A stretch of DNA of 32,265 nt, from assembly GCA_964469235.1 (NCBI GenBank), contig CAYYKR010000001.1, positions 1-32,265 of the forward strand. The letters are read 5' to 3'. Below the pieces are notes generated by a model. It saw nothing but the letters and a program-made list of their open reading frames with translations. It did not search any database and was not told the DNA's origin. Every line of letters starts with the position of its first letter. The stretch's first letter is position 1. Positions 1 to 8,110 of the stretch are shown here, one piece after another. The translations under genes were made by a program, and so were the position numbers. This DNA comes from an uncultured archaeon (GTDB lineage: Archaea; Aenigmatarchaeota; Aenigmatarchaeia; GW2011-AR5; WALA01).

Positions 1-19
1 TAAACAATACACCAGATGT

Positions 20-565
20 TCAATAATTCTTAATCTTATCATCAATAAATGATTTACGCCCCGTAAATTCGACTTTATAATTCTTCCACGGTCTAATTAT
101 TACTACATCTGGCTTATCTTCGGTTAAAGTTGAAAATGCTCCACCATTATTGTATCTAATTAATAAATCAGTTATGTTGCTGAAAACTAATATTTCTTTC
201 TTTAATGGATCTCCTTTCCAAAGTGCGGTTACATCTCCACGTATGTGAAAATTGTTTGCAAGAGATTCAAGCATTACGTCAATATTTTTAGAGTGATCCT
301 TTTCATATACAATATCTTTTTTGTGAGAGACATTTTTCATATACTCTTTGTCATGTGGTATAAGAATATATCCTCCACCAATAATTATCTTTGAATTTTC
401 ATTATAATCTGTACGCTGTATTTCTAATTTTCCACTTCCAATTTTTCTTAAATAATCACTTATGCGAACGTCAGTGCATGGGATTTTGCCATTTAATCTT
501 ATGAAATTAGAAGCTACATCATCTGAAGGTATGTAAATATCTATTGGAATCATTTTATCAATCAT
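20..565 (-). CDS. hypothetical protein, 181 aa, no family recognised (immediately downstream of rtcB)
   Basis: Uninterrupted 181-codon ORF. ATG at 565 is preceded by AGGTGAT. Only a 41-nt spacer follows the rtcB stop on the same strand, so it is probably co-transcribed. No motif I can assign. Confidence 0.55.
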   Translation of the reverse strand: MIDKMIPIDIYIPSDDVASNFIRLNGKIPCTDVRISDYLRKIGSGKLEIQRTDYNENSKIIIGGGYILIPHDKEYMKNVSHKKDIVYEKDHSKNIDVMLESLANNFHIRGDVTALWKGDPLKKEILVFSNITDLLIRYNNGGAFSTLTEDKPDVVIIRPWKNYKVEFTGRKSFIDDKIKNY

Positions 566-606
566 TATATCACCTTAAAGTAAATAATCCCAAACCTTTA
601 AAAATG

Positions 607-2022
607 TTATCCCTTTATAACACCCATGGGTTTTAATCGTGCAACATTCTTTGCAATTCCAGAGCCTTCGCACACTCTTACAACTTCTGAGACGTCTTTG
701 TAAGCTTCTGGAGCTTCTTCCGATAAGACACCTTTAGAACCACCGTGGGCAAATATTCCCTTTTTCTCGAGCTCCTCTAAAATCTGGTTGTCTGTATATC
801 TTTTCAATGCTTTTGTTCTTGACATCGCTCGACCAGCCCCGTGTGCAATTGAGCCGAATGTCTGTTTCATTGCAATCTCGGTTCCAACCATAACATAGGA
901 TTCTGTACCCATTGATCCAGGAAGTAAGACAGGCTGTCCTGCTGATTTGTATTTTTTGGGAACTTCTGGTTCTTCAGGTCCGAACGCCCGTGTAGCTCCT
1001 TTTCTGTGAACGTAAACTTCTTTTTTCTTATTTCCGACAAAATGCTTTCTCTTTTTTACTATGTTATGCGAAAGTCCATAAACGAGTGGAAGGTCATCCG
1101 TCCCAAAAATATTCTTGAATGCCTTTCTGACTAAATGAGAAATCATCTGGCGATTTGCCCATGCAAAGTTTGCAGCAGCTTTCATTGCGTCGAAATACAG
1201 CTCTTCTTCTCTCGTACCAGATGGAGCATATATCAGCTCTCTATCTGGAATTGATTTTGCAACCTTTGGATATTTTTCGATAAGATTCTTTATGAAGTCA
1301 GTAGCAACTTGATGCCCAAACCCCCTCGATCCAGTGTGGATCATTACAACTACTTCATTTTCTTCGAGGCCAAATGTTTTTGATATCTTACCATTGAAAA
1401 CCTTATCAACGTATTGAACTTCTATGAAATGATTTCCAGCTCCAAGCGTTCCAATTTGGTTTATACCACGCGATATAGCCTTTTCACTTACGCCTTTGAG
1501 CTCCGTTTCCATGGCTCCATTTTCTTCTATAAATTTTTTATCTTCTGAAAAGCCGTATCCATTTTCTATCATATATTGAGCTCCGCCTTGTAAAATTTCG
1601 AGAAATTTTTTCTTGCTTAATTTTAATTTCGAATGCTTTCCAACACCAACCGGTACAATACTAGATATTTCATTTATCAGTTTCTTCAACTTTGGTCTGA
1701 CTTCAGAAATATCCATTTTTGTTCTCAGTAATCTTATACCGCAGTTTATATCAAAACCACACATCCCAGGGCTTACACCACCTTCGTTAACATCAAATGC
1801 GGCAACGCTTCCAATGGGAGCTCCATATCCATAGTGCATATCTGGAAGTCCAATTGAATGAAGTTGAATTCCTGGAAGGGATGCAATGTTTGCTAACTGT
1901 TCCATAGAACCGGGATCAACATTTCCAAAGAGTTCATCTGATAAGAACATCCATGCTGGAACTTTCATTTTTCCTTGCATCGGAATCTCGAATATAAAAT
2001 CATCAATCTTTTTTACTTTCAT
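607..2022 (-). CDS. rtcB: tRNA-splicing / RNA 3'-phosphate ligase RtcB
   Basis: Full-length RtcB-like protein with PDMHYGYG, GFDINCG, GAGNHFIE, HTGSRGFGHQ and AHGAGR motifs. The track start at 2034 is TTG. The in-frame ATG at 2022 follows GGTGA (2028-2032 on the minus strand) and is the likelier start. Confidence 0.95.
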   Translation of the reverse strand: MKVKKIDDFIFEIPMQGKMKVPAWMFLSDELFGNVDPGSMEQLANIASLPGIQLHSIGLPDMHYGYGAPIGSVAAFDVNEGGVSPGMCGFDINCGIRLLRTKMDISEVRPKLKKLINEISSIVPVGVGKHSKLKLSKKKFLEILQGGAQYMIENGYGFSEDKKFIEENGAMETELKGVSEKAISRGINQIGTLGAGNHFIEVQYVDKVFNGKISKTFGLEENEVVVMIHTGSRGFGHQVATDFIKNLIEKYPKVAKSIPDRELIYAPSGTREEELYFDAMKAAANFAWANRQMISHLVRKAFKNIFGTDDLPLVYGLSHNIVKKRKHFVGNKKKEVYVHRKGATRAFGPEEPEVPKKYKSAGQPVLLPGSMGTESYVMVGTEIAMKQTFGSIAHGAGRAMSRTKALKRYTDNQILEELEKKGIFAHGGSKGVLSEEAPEAYKDVSEVVRVCEGSGIAKNVARLKPMGVIKG

Positions 2023-2081
2023 TAGAATCACCAATTTAATTTGTTTGATTAATTCTTAAATATTCGTTTCTATTTAAAATT

Positions 2082-2330
2082 ATGGAATTTATTGAAGTGA
2101 TATGGATTTCGGGGATTATAATATCTCTGGTGTTGCTATTGAAAGATATGCCAAATAAAAACATTGGCCCGTCTACCAAAGCATTTTGGATTTTCATGGT
2201 CATAGTTTTCAATGTGTTCGGGCTTCTAATTTATAGAATGTTCACGCCCAGCAGAGCCAGAGATGAAATCAAAGTTAAAAAGCCCAAAATTAAAAAATCG
2301 GTTAAAAGAAAATCAAGGGTGCGAAAATGA
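2082..2330 (+). CDS. small membrane protein, PLDc_N-like (two TM helices plus Lys/Arg-rich tail)
   Basis: 82 aa with two hydrophobic helices. The second (KAFWIFMVIVFNVFGLLIYRMF) resembles the W..I....P/N..G.L.Y pattern of the PLD-nuclease N-terminal membrane domain. The stop overlaps the ABCE1 start (ATGA, 2327-2330). Confidence 0.5.
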   Translation: MEFIEVIWISGIIISLVLLLKDMPNKNIGPSTKAFWIFMVIVFNVFGLLIYRMFTPSRARDEIKVKKPKIKKSVKRKSRVRK

Positions 2331-4072
2331 GGATAGCAGTAGTTAATTATGATAAATGCGATTCTACAAAATGTTCATGGGAATGCATGAAAGTTTGTCC
2401 AATAAATAGAAAGGGAGAAGTTTGCATAAGTGGCGGAGAAGTTATTGTAAATGGCTCAAAGAAAAAAGTTCCGATAATAGATGAATCTATATGCATTGGA
2501 TGCGGATTGTGTACAAAGAAGTGCCCTATGGAGGCAATTAAAATTGTCAACACTCCAGAACAATTGAATGAAACTCCGATTCATAGATATGGAAGAAATG
2601 GGTTTGTTCTTTTCAGACTCCCAATTCCAAAGGTGGGGGTTGTGGGGCTTCTTGGTTCAAATGGAATAGGAAAAACCACGGCGCTTAAAATTCTTGCTGG
2701 CGAATTAAAGCCGAATTTGGGAAATGAAGAATCAAATTGGGATGAAATAATAAGAGCTCACAAAGGTACGGAGCTTTTTAACTACATGAAAAAACTTTCA
2801 AAAGGAAGCATAAAGGCTATTTACAAACCTCAGCAAGTTGATAAAATTCCAAAGTTCATAAAAGGAAAGGTTGAAGATTTGATGAAGGGAGTTTCAAATG
2901 AGATTAAGAGAAAGCTCCATGTAGATAAAATTCAAAATAGAAATTTGAAAAACCTTTCTGGTGGTGAGCTCCAGAGAGTTGCAATAGCAGTAGCTCTTTC
3001 GAAAGAGGGAGATATATTTTATTTTGATGAGCCGACATCGTATTTAGATGTTAAAGAAAGGTTAAATGTTGCTAAGCTCATTAGGGAAAAATCAAGGGAA
3101 TCTCCTATAATAGTTGTTGAACACGATTTGGCAACCTTGGACTTCTTGGCCGATACAGTTCATATATTTTATGGTGTTCCCGGTGCGTTTGGTGTTGTTT
3201 CAAAGCCTTATACAGTTAGAAATGGAATAAATGCATTTTTAGATGGTTATGTGAAAAGTGACAACGTCAGATTTAGAGAGCCCACCGTGTTTGAAAAATA
3301 CAGTCGCATAAAGAAGCGTACAGAATCACTTGTTGAGTTTTCTGATATTGAAAAAACATTTGAAGGATTCAAACTTTTTGTAAAGTCAGGAAAAATATAC
3401 AAGAATCGTGTTCTTGGGATTCTTGGAGAAAATGGACTCGGTAAAACAACATTTATGAAAATACTTGCAGGTGAATACACAGATTTTAAAGGTAGTATAA
3501 ATGAAAAATTGAAAATATCTTACAAGCCTCAATTCATATCGTCTGATTATGATGGAACGGTTTTGTCATTAATTTCTTCAGTTTTCAATCCATACTCTAC
3601 AGAAATAATGAATACAATAATAAAGCCGTTGAAGATAGATAAACTCTTCGAGAAGACTGTTAAAAATCTTTCTGGTGGTGAGCTCCAGAGAGTTTCAATA
3701 GGAATTTGTCTTGGAAGAAAAGCTGATATGTATTTGCTGGATGAACCTTGCGCATATTTGGATGTTGATCAAAGGCTTGCAGTCGCAAGCATATTGAAAA
3801 AGAAAAGCGAAGGAAGCACGGTAGTTGTTATAGACCACGATTTATTGTTCTTGAATTATGTTAGCGATGACACAATGCTTTTTACAGGTGTTCCAAGTGT
3901 TGAAGGTCATGGTGAAGTTATGAGCCTTGAAGATGGCATGAATAAATTCTTGAAAGAAATCGGGATAACATTTAGAAAAGACCCGGAGAACAATAGGCCA
4001 AGGGCAAACAAGCCGGGTTCACAAAAAGACCAGGAGCAGAAATCAAAGGGAAGATACTATTTTATGGTATGA
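2327..4072 (+). CDS. abce1: ABCE1 / RNase L inhibitor-type ribosome-recycling ATPase
   Basis: N-terminal di-cluster Fe-S domain (Cx4Cx3Cx3CP and CIGCGLCTKKCP). Two ABC cassettes: Walker A GSNGIGKT and GENGLGKT, signature LSGGELQRV twice, Walker B FYFDEP and YLLDEP. Confidence 0.94.
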   Translation: MRIAVVNYDKCDSTKCSWECMKVCPINRKGEVCISGGEVIVNGSKKKVPIIDESICIGCGLCTKKCPMEAIKIVNTPEQLNETPIHRYGRNGFVLFRLPIPKVGVVGLLGSNGIGKTTALKILAGELKPNLGNEESNWDEIIRAHKGTELFNYMKKLSKGSIKAIYKPQQVDKIPKFIKGKVEDLMKGVSNEIKRKLHVDKIQNRNLKNLSGGELQRVAIAVALSKEGDIFYFDEPTSYLDVKERLNVAKLIREKSRESPIIVVEHDLATLDFLADTVHIFYGVPGAFGVVSKPYTVRNGINAFLDGYVKSDNVRFREPTVFEKYSRIKKRTESLVEFSDIEKTFEGFKLFVKSGKIYKNRVLGILGENGLGKTTFMKILAGEYTDFKGSINEKLKISYKPQFISSDYDGTVLSLISSVFNPYSTEIMNTIIKPLKIDKLFEKTVKNLSGGELQRVSIGICLGRKADMYLLDEPCAYLDVDQRLAVASILKKKSEGSTVVVIDHDLLFLNYVSDDTMLFTGVPSVEGHGEVMSLEDGMNKFLKEIGITFRKDPENNRPRANKPGSQKDQEQKSKGRYYFMV

Positions 4073-4352
4073 ACAAAAATTTCTTAAGATTTATTTTTCC
4101 ATTTTTTACTTCTACACCCTCGCTCCTAAGTATCTTTATCTTATTTTTAACACCTCGAGCAAATCCTCCAATTGAACCATCTGACATAACAACTCTTTGG
4201 CATGGAACATCTTTTCTATCGTTTGTATGAAGTATTGATCCAACGGCTCTTGGAGATGTATTTGCAATTCGTGCAACGATTCCGTATGTAGAAATTTTTC
4301 CTTTCGGGATCTTCTTTACAAATGAATAGACCCTTTCCCTACTGGTGGGCAT
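4062..4352 (-). CDS. MGMT-family (O6-alkylguanine-DNA alkyltransferase-like) DNA-binding-domain protein, PCQRV variant
   Basis: 96 aa. YGIVARIANTSPRAVGSILHTN...VPCQRVVMSDGSIGGF matches the helix-turn-helix/Asn-hinge/PCHRV core of the alkyltransferase C-terminal domain, and no N-terminal domain is present. It overlaps the upstream gene by 14 nt and the convergent ABCE1 3' end by 11 nt. Confidence 0.75.
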   Translation of the reverse strand: MPTSRERVYSFVKKIPKGKISTYGIVARIANTSPRAVGSILHTNDRKDVPCQRVVMSDGSIGGFARGVKNKIKILRSEGVEVKNGKINLKKFLFIP

Positions 4353-4794
4353 TCAATATCCTCTCTATATTTTTTAGTCTGTGAAGAATCATTTCATTTT
4401 GAGATCTTATTGATTCCATCTCTTCCATTATAAGATCCATCCTATCATTTATGTCTTGACCTTTTCCCATACCACTTTCGCGAATCCTATTGAAGTTTAT
4501 ATTTTCACCTTCATCAAGGTTTTTATTTTCTTGATTTGAAAATTGATTTTTCATCGGCATATTTAATGGTTGGAATGGTGGTATGTTGTTTTCTCCAACT
4601 TCTTTTTTAATTTCTTCTTCTATTGTTCCGGACCTCTGTTTTGCCAGTTGCTCGGGGGTTGGGAATGGATTGTATTTGTCGAGATTTATTTTTGGCTTTT
4701 GCTCTACAGCGTATTTTAGCTCATTATTAATTTCATTTGATTCTATGTTTCTCCTTCCCGTTATCTTATCTTTTATTTTATCGAGCAGAGACAT
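4339..4794 (-). CDS. hypothetical protein, 151 aa, low-complexity N/E/P-rich region with C-terminal coiled coil
   Basis: Long ORF chained to neighbours, with a 1-nt gap upstream and a 14-nt overlap downstream. The C-terminus (RMDLIMEEMESIRSQNEMILHRLKNIERIL) has a heptad-like pattern. No family recognised. Confidence 0.6.
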   Translation of the reverse strand: MSLLDKIKDKITGRRNIESNEINNELKYAVEQKPKINLDKYNPFPTPEQLAKQRSGTIEEEIKKEVGENNIPPFQPLNMPMKNQFSNQENKNLDEGENINFNRIRESGMGKGQDINDRMDLIMEEMESIRSQNEMILHRLKNIERILNAHQ

Positions 4795-4795
4795 C

Positions 4796-5305
4796 TTATA
4801 TTCCCTCCAAATCTTCTTTTACATTTATGTTAAATGCATTCAAAATATCTTCTTTAAAATCCAATGCCCATTCTTTTAGGGTGTCCATATACTGCCTTCT
4901 TCTATTGTAATAGAACATCCTCATAAATATTTTGTAAAACAATCTTTCTAAAAAATTTTTGTATGAGAATGATGTAGTTATGATGGGCCTTACTGAAAGC
5001 GTGAAATCTCCATCCTTAGTTTTCTTGCCCTCATACATATGAAATATTAATCGTACATCGTATTTCGTATATTTGTCAAATTTATTCTTGGCATTCCATT
5101 GAGCGTAAAGCTCAACCTCTGGACCTATGTCTACAAATGTGAATTCATTTTCATACCAGTTTTTTGTTGGAACGCGAAAATTCTTTTTTGCTACGGTTTT
5201 TATTATGTTGATTGCAGATGATGGTTGGTGACCCTTGTATGAAAATTTAATTGTTCCTTTAGGTGCGAGAACTTCTTCAGTCATGCTTAATTTATTAAGA
5301 CTCAT
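4796..5305 (-). CDS. hypothetical protein, 169 aa (paralogue A of a tandem pair)
   Basis: Same length and shared landmarks with the upstream ORF (F.[YF].G..P ... KK.F.VP ... W ... P..T.F ... FY ... FY..[RK]R). Overlaps it by 11 nt. Confidence 0.65.
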   Translation of the reverse strand: MSLNKLSMTEEVLAPKGTIKFSYKGHQPSSAINIIKTVAKKNFRVPTKNWYENEFTFVDIGPEVELYAQWNAKNKFDKYTKYDVRLIFHMYEGKKTKDGDFTLSVRPIITTSFSYKNFLERLFYKIFMRMFYYNRRRQYMDTLKEWALDFKEDILNAFNINVKEDLEGI

Positions 5306-5804
5306 TTAACAGCACCCCAAAGTGTTTTAATTCGGCTTGGAATCTCATACAGAGCTCCCTTCCATTGTCATATATTTGTTCTCTCTTTCTTTTGTAAAAT
5401 ATAGTGTCCCAGAGCTTTCTTATGACTTCATAAAAAACGCTTTGCTGCCATGCGTAATCTTGTGGAAATTCGGTTACAACTCTCGGCTCAAACACTATTG
5501 CTGCCTTTCCATATCCATTTTCAGAATATCCCTTGAGACTGAGCTCCATGTCTAAGTATGTCCATCTGTCGTAAGGTTTGAACAATTCCCAAGAAATTTT
5601 GAATTTATGACCATTTTCAGTTTTTTTCCAATTGTACTCCTTTTCTTGGATGTAGGAATCTGGAACGGCAAAAATCTTTTTTAGCAGTTCATTTATCTTT
5701 ACATAGAACTTTTCAGGATGTTTTCCTTCAAATCTAAAATATATCTTTTTTATGGGTGGGAACAAATCCTCCCATATAGTAAGTCTAGTCCTTGCCCATA
5801 CCAT
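5295..5804 (-). CDS. hypothetical protein, 169 aa (paralogue B of a tandem pair)
   Basis: First gene of the minus-strand chain. ATG at 5804 is preceded by GGTG with 6-nt spacing. Paralogous to 4796-5305. Confidence 0.65.
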   Translation of the reverse strand: MVWARTRLTIWEDLFPPIKKIYFRFEGKHPEKFYVKINELLKKIFAVPDSYIQEKEYNWKKTENGHKFKISWELFKPYDRWTYLDMELSLKGYSENGYGKAAIVFEPRVVTEFPQDYAWQQSVFYEVIRKLWDTIFYKRKREQIYDNGRELCMRFQAELKHFGVLLNES

Positions 5805-5847
5805 TAAAACACCTATTATTTTTATACTTTCAATAACATAAATAATT

Positions 5848-6180
5848 ATGATATTTCAAATTTTGGGCATTTTATTACTTTCGCTCGGCGTATGGATGCT
5901 TGTAACATGGGACAGAGGGCTTGATAATAAGACCTTTACAATAGTTATAATTTTGTCCATTTTATTTATATTTTTGGGTGTTAAGTTAACATTTGATGGT
6001 GTGAATCCGTCAGTTCTATGGCACAGAATACTTGGGATTGCGATAGGATTTGCTGGAGTTTTTTGCATAGTGGGATTCCCAGATGTTACTCCTGATTATC
6101 AGAGTCCAGGAATGAGCTGGCTCATGGTATTCATAGGAATAATACTTATGGTAGTTGCAGTCTATCTTCTTATTATATAA
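5848..6180 (+). CDS. small integral membrane protein, about 4 TM helices
   Basis: 110 aa, four hydrophobic stretches of about 18-20 residues. First gene of the plus-strand chain, 43 bp from the divergent gene. Confidence 0.6.
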   Translation: MIFQILGILLLSLGVWMLVTWDRGLDNKTFTIVIILSILFIFLGVKLTFDGVNPSVLWHRILGIAIGFAGVFCIVGFPDVTPDYQSPGMSWLMVFIGIILMVVAVYLLII

Positions 6181-6213
6181 AATTTATTTAATATTTGAAG
6201 TATAATTATATGT

Positions 6214-8094
6214 ATGGCAAAACCTATTACTCGAAGATATCTGCTCGATAATAGCTATTTCGATCATGGACTTAGAGATGCCGGTGTACCGCATGCTCCA
6301 GCAAATTTATTTGGACCGTTTGGAAAGTTCAAAGGTTATGCATGGGTATCGCAACCATTGGAAGGGTATTCAAACATAGTTTACATTTCTAGTCCTGGAA
6401 AAACGAGGACGGTATTTAATGGACTTATGGATTGGATGGACCAAAACAAATGGAAGAATATAGTGTTTGACAAATCAATTGAAGTGACGCCAACTCACAC
6501 AAAGTTATATCAGAGTGTTATAGGTCAGAAGTATGAGCTTCAGGCAAGGATAAAACAGGCACTTGTTTCCATATCTCAATCTGTTGCAGATTTGGAACTC
6601 TTAGAGCATGATATAAGAAAGTATGAGGAATTTGATGAATATTTGAAGGGTATGGATACAGATGTCAATCATGTAAGGGATAAAAAAGAGAAGAAGGAGC
6701 TCGAGAGAAAGAAAAAATTTTCTGAGATGGCTATAAAAACAGTTTTTGTAGATCAAGTCGATTATCATTCTGGCGGGACTGGACAAGGTCCCGGAAGGCT
6801 AAGTATGGCATTTATGAGAAACAACAACATAATGCCAACAATAGTTGATGATTTTATGATTATGGGCGGACCAGATGATTTGGACAATGGTCCGTTAAAA
6901 AATTTGTCAACAGTCGAGAAGAATATGCTTCGTATAAAATGGAAAGCATATCAAGCATGGCTATCAAGCTTTAGGAATGAGGTTGAAAGTAGATTGGGCA
7001 GACTCACTCAACTTAGAATGAGCAGGGAGAAAACACTCGATGAATTTAGGGAATGGGTCAAGCCAATTATATCGAGAGAACTTGCAATAAAGGAAGGATT
7101 CTCTGAAGAAGGAAATAGAACATTTGAAAATATAATTGGAACCGAATATTCATCTTTGGGAGAGGCTACCGCTCAGACTTATAACAATATATTATCATTT
7201 CATAGACTTTCAATTGAAGAAGTTCAAAAGACGCCATCTGAAATGTATGAAATGGCAAGCGAAAAAATTTCCGAGCTTGATTTGAAAAACATATACGATA
7301 GCATGTCTGAAATACTTGTTCTTGATGAAAATGTTGGGCTTAGAGTAAAATATCCGTGGATAACAAAAGCATGGGTAGATAGTGTTAAAGGAGATTGTAT
7401 TTCAAGGGTCAAGAGTTTAATGCTGAAAGGATTTTCAAGATATCTAATTATGTCAAATATAAGATATATGACAAGAAATACGATATATCGTGGTGAATTT
7501 GAAGTTGAAATTGGTGTGTACTTGATTGACACATTCATGATAACACCAAATATAGCAGTTGTAAAAATGATAGAGCAAAAGGCTAAGGATGAAGAGATAA
7601 AGAGATATATAAATCAAATGCTCGGACTTAAAGATGATAGAAGGACCTTAACTTATACAATAAAAAATGGAAGATATGTTGTGAATAAAGAAAATGTAAA
7701 AAAAGTCGTTAGAGATGGTGGCGACGAAAAATCTGGTTTTAAAAATTATGATGAATTGATAGAAAAATATCCGGAAAGTAGATATAAACTTAGATTTACT
7801 CCTGAAGGTGAAAATGGAACGCTTAAAGAAATTAGAAATGTATTCAACTTCAAATTTGATTTCCTAAATCATTTGTTTCCAACGCATCCAGGTGAATATT
7901 TTTCAAGTGATTATGGAGATTATATCTACAACAAATTTAGAAAAATGAAAGGCAGGGGCATGTTCTTCTCATCAACACCTTACGATAAGGACTTCTTTGA
8001 TAGGGTTGCACAATTCCATATGGTTATTACGGGAATAAATAACGGCAAGATACGTGGGAAAATTCAAAGTCTTATGGGCGTTCCGGGAATTTAG
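6214..8094 (+). CDS. large hypothetical protein, 626 aa, no family recognised
   Basis: Uninterrupted 626 codons with protein-like composition. Charged helical segment about residues 125-175 and a Gly-rich SGGTGQGPG loop at residues 186-194. Confidence 0.7.
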   Translation: MAKPITRRYLLDNSYFDHGLRDAGVPHAPANLFGPFGKFKGYAWVSQPLEGYSNIVYISSPGKTRTVFNGLMDWMDQNKWKNIVFDKSIEVTPTHTKLYQSVIGQKYELQARIKQALVSISQSVADLELLEHDIRKYEEFDEYLKGMDTDVNHVRDKKEKKELERKKKFSEMAIKTVFVDQVDYHSGGTGQGPGRLSMAFMRNNNIMPTIVDDFMIMGGPDDLDNGPLKNLSTVEKNMLRIKWKAYQAWLSSFRNEVESRLGRLTQLRMSREKTLDEFREWVKPIISRELAIKEGFSEEGNRTFENIIGTEYSSLGEATAQTYNNILSFHRLSIEEVQKTPSEMYEMASEKISELDLKNIYDSMSEILVLDENVGLRVKYPWITKAWVDSVKGDCISRVKSLMLKGFSRYLIMSNIRYMTRNTIYRGEFEVEIGVYLIDTFMITPNIAVVKMIEQKAKDEEIKRYINQMLGLKDDRRTLTYTIKNGRYVVNKENVKKVVRDGGDEKSGFKNYDELIEKYPESRYKLRFTPEGENGTLKEIRNVFNFKFDFLNHLFPTHPGEYFSSDYGDYIYNKFRKMKGRGMFFSSTPYDKDFFDRVAQFHMVITGINNGKIRGKIQSLMGVPGI

Positions 8095-8110
8095 TTGATT
8101 GGTGTTTAAA

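Noticed and set aside
1613-1834. This ORF and about 45 other 60-136 aa ORFs in the track lie antisense to, or out of frame within, long conserved genes (for example 2347-2553, 3247-3480, 7224-7538, 8767-9361, 14392-14706, 15548-15892, 17331-17725, 18003-18378, 27085-27399, 27788-28144, 31526-31763).
   Set aside because: Each is fully contained in a longer ORF with a clear family assignment or better coding character. Their translations are low-complexity (S/F/L/I-rich), as expected from the reverse frames of AT-rich genes. None has its own SD or spacing signal.
6769-6789. SGGTGQG in the 626-aa orphan resembles the tubulin/FtsZ signature [SAG]GGTG[SA]G. IVYISSPGKTRT also resembles a degenerate P-loop.
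   Set aside because: The motif is immediately preceded by a charged coiled-coil segment. I see no T1-type GGGxG loop, no T7 loop, and no FtsZ-like sequence after the motif. The P-loop lacks the first Gly/Ala. A short Gly-rich match is insufficient. It is kept only as a note for structure prediction.
8071-8091. Pentapeptide MGVPG is shared by the C-terminus of the 626-aa protein and residue ~205 of the next protein (8701-8720 region).
   Set aside because: Only five residues match and the underlying DNA differs, so this could be chance. It is not evidence of homology.
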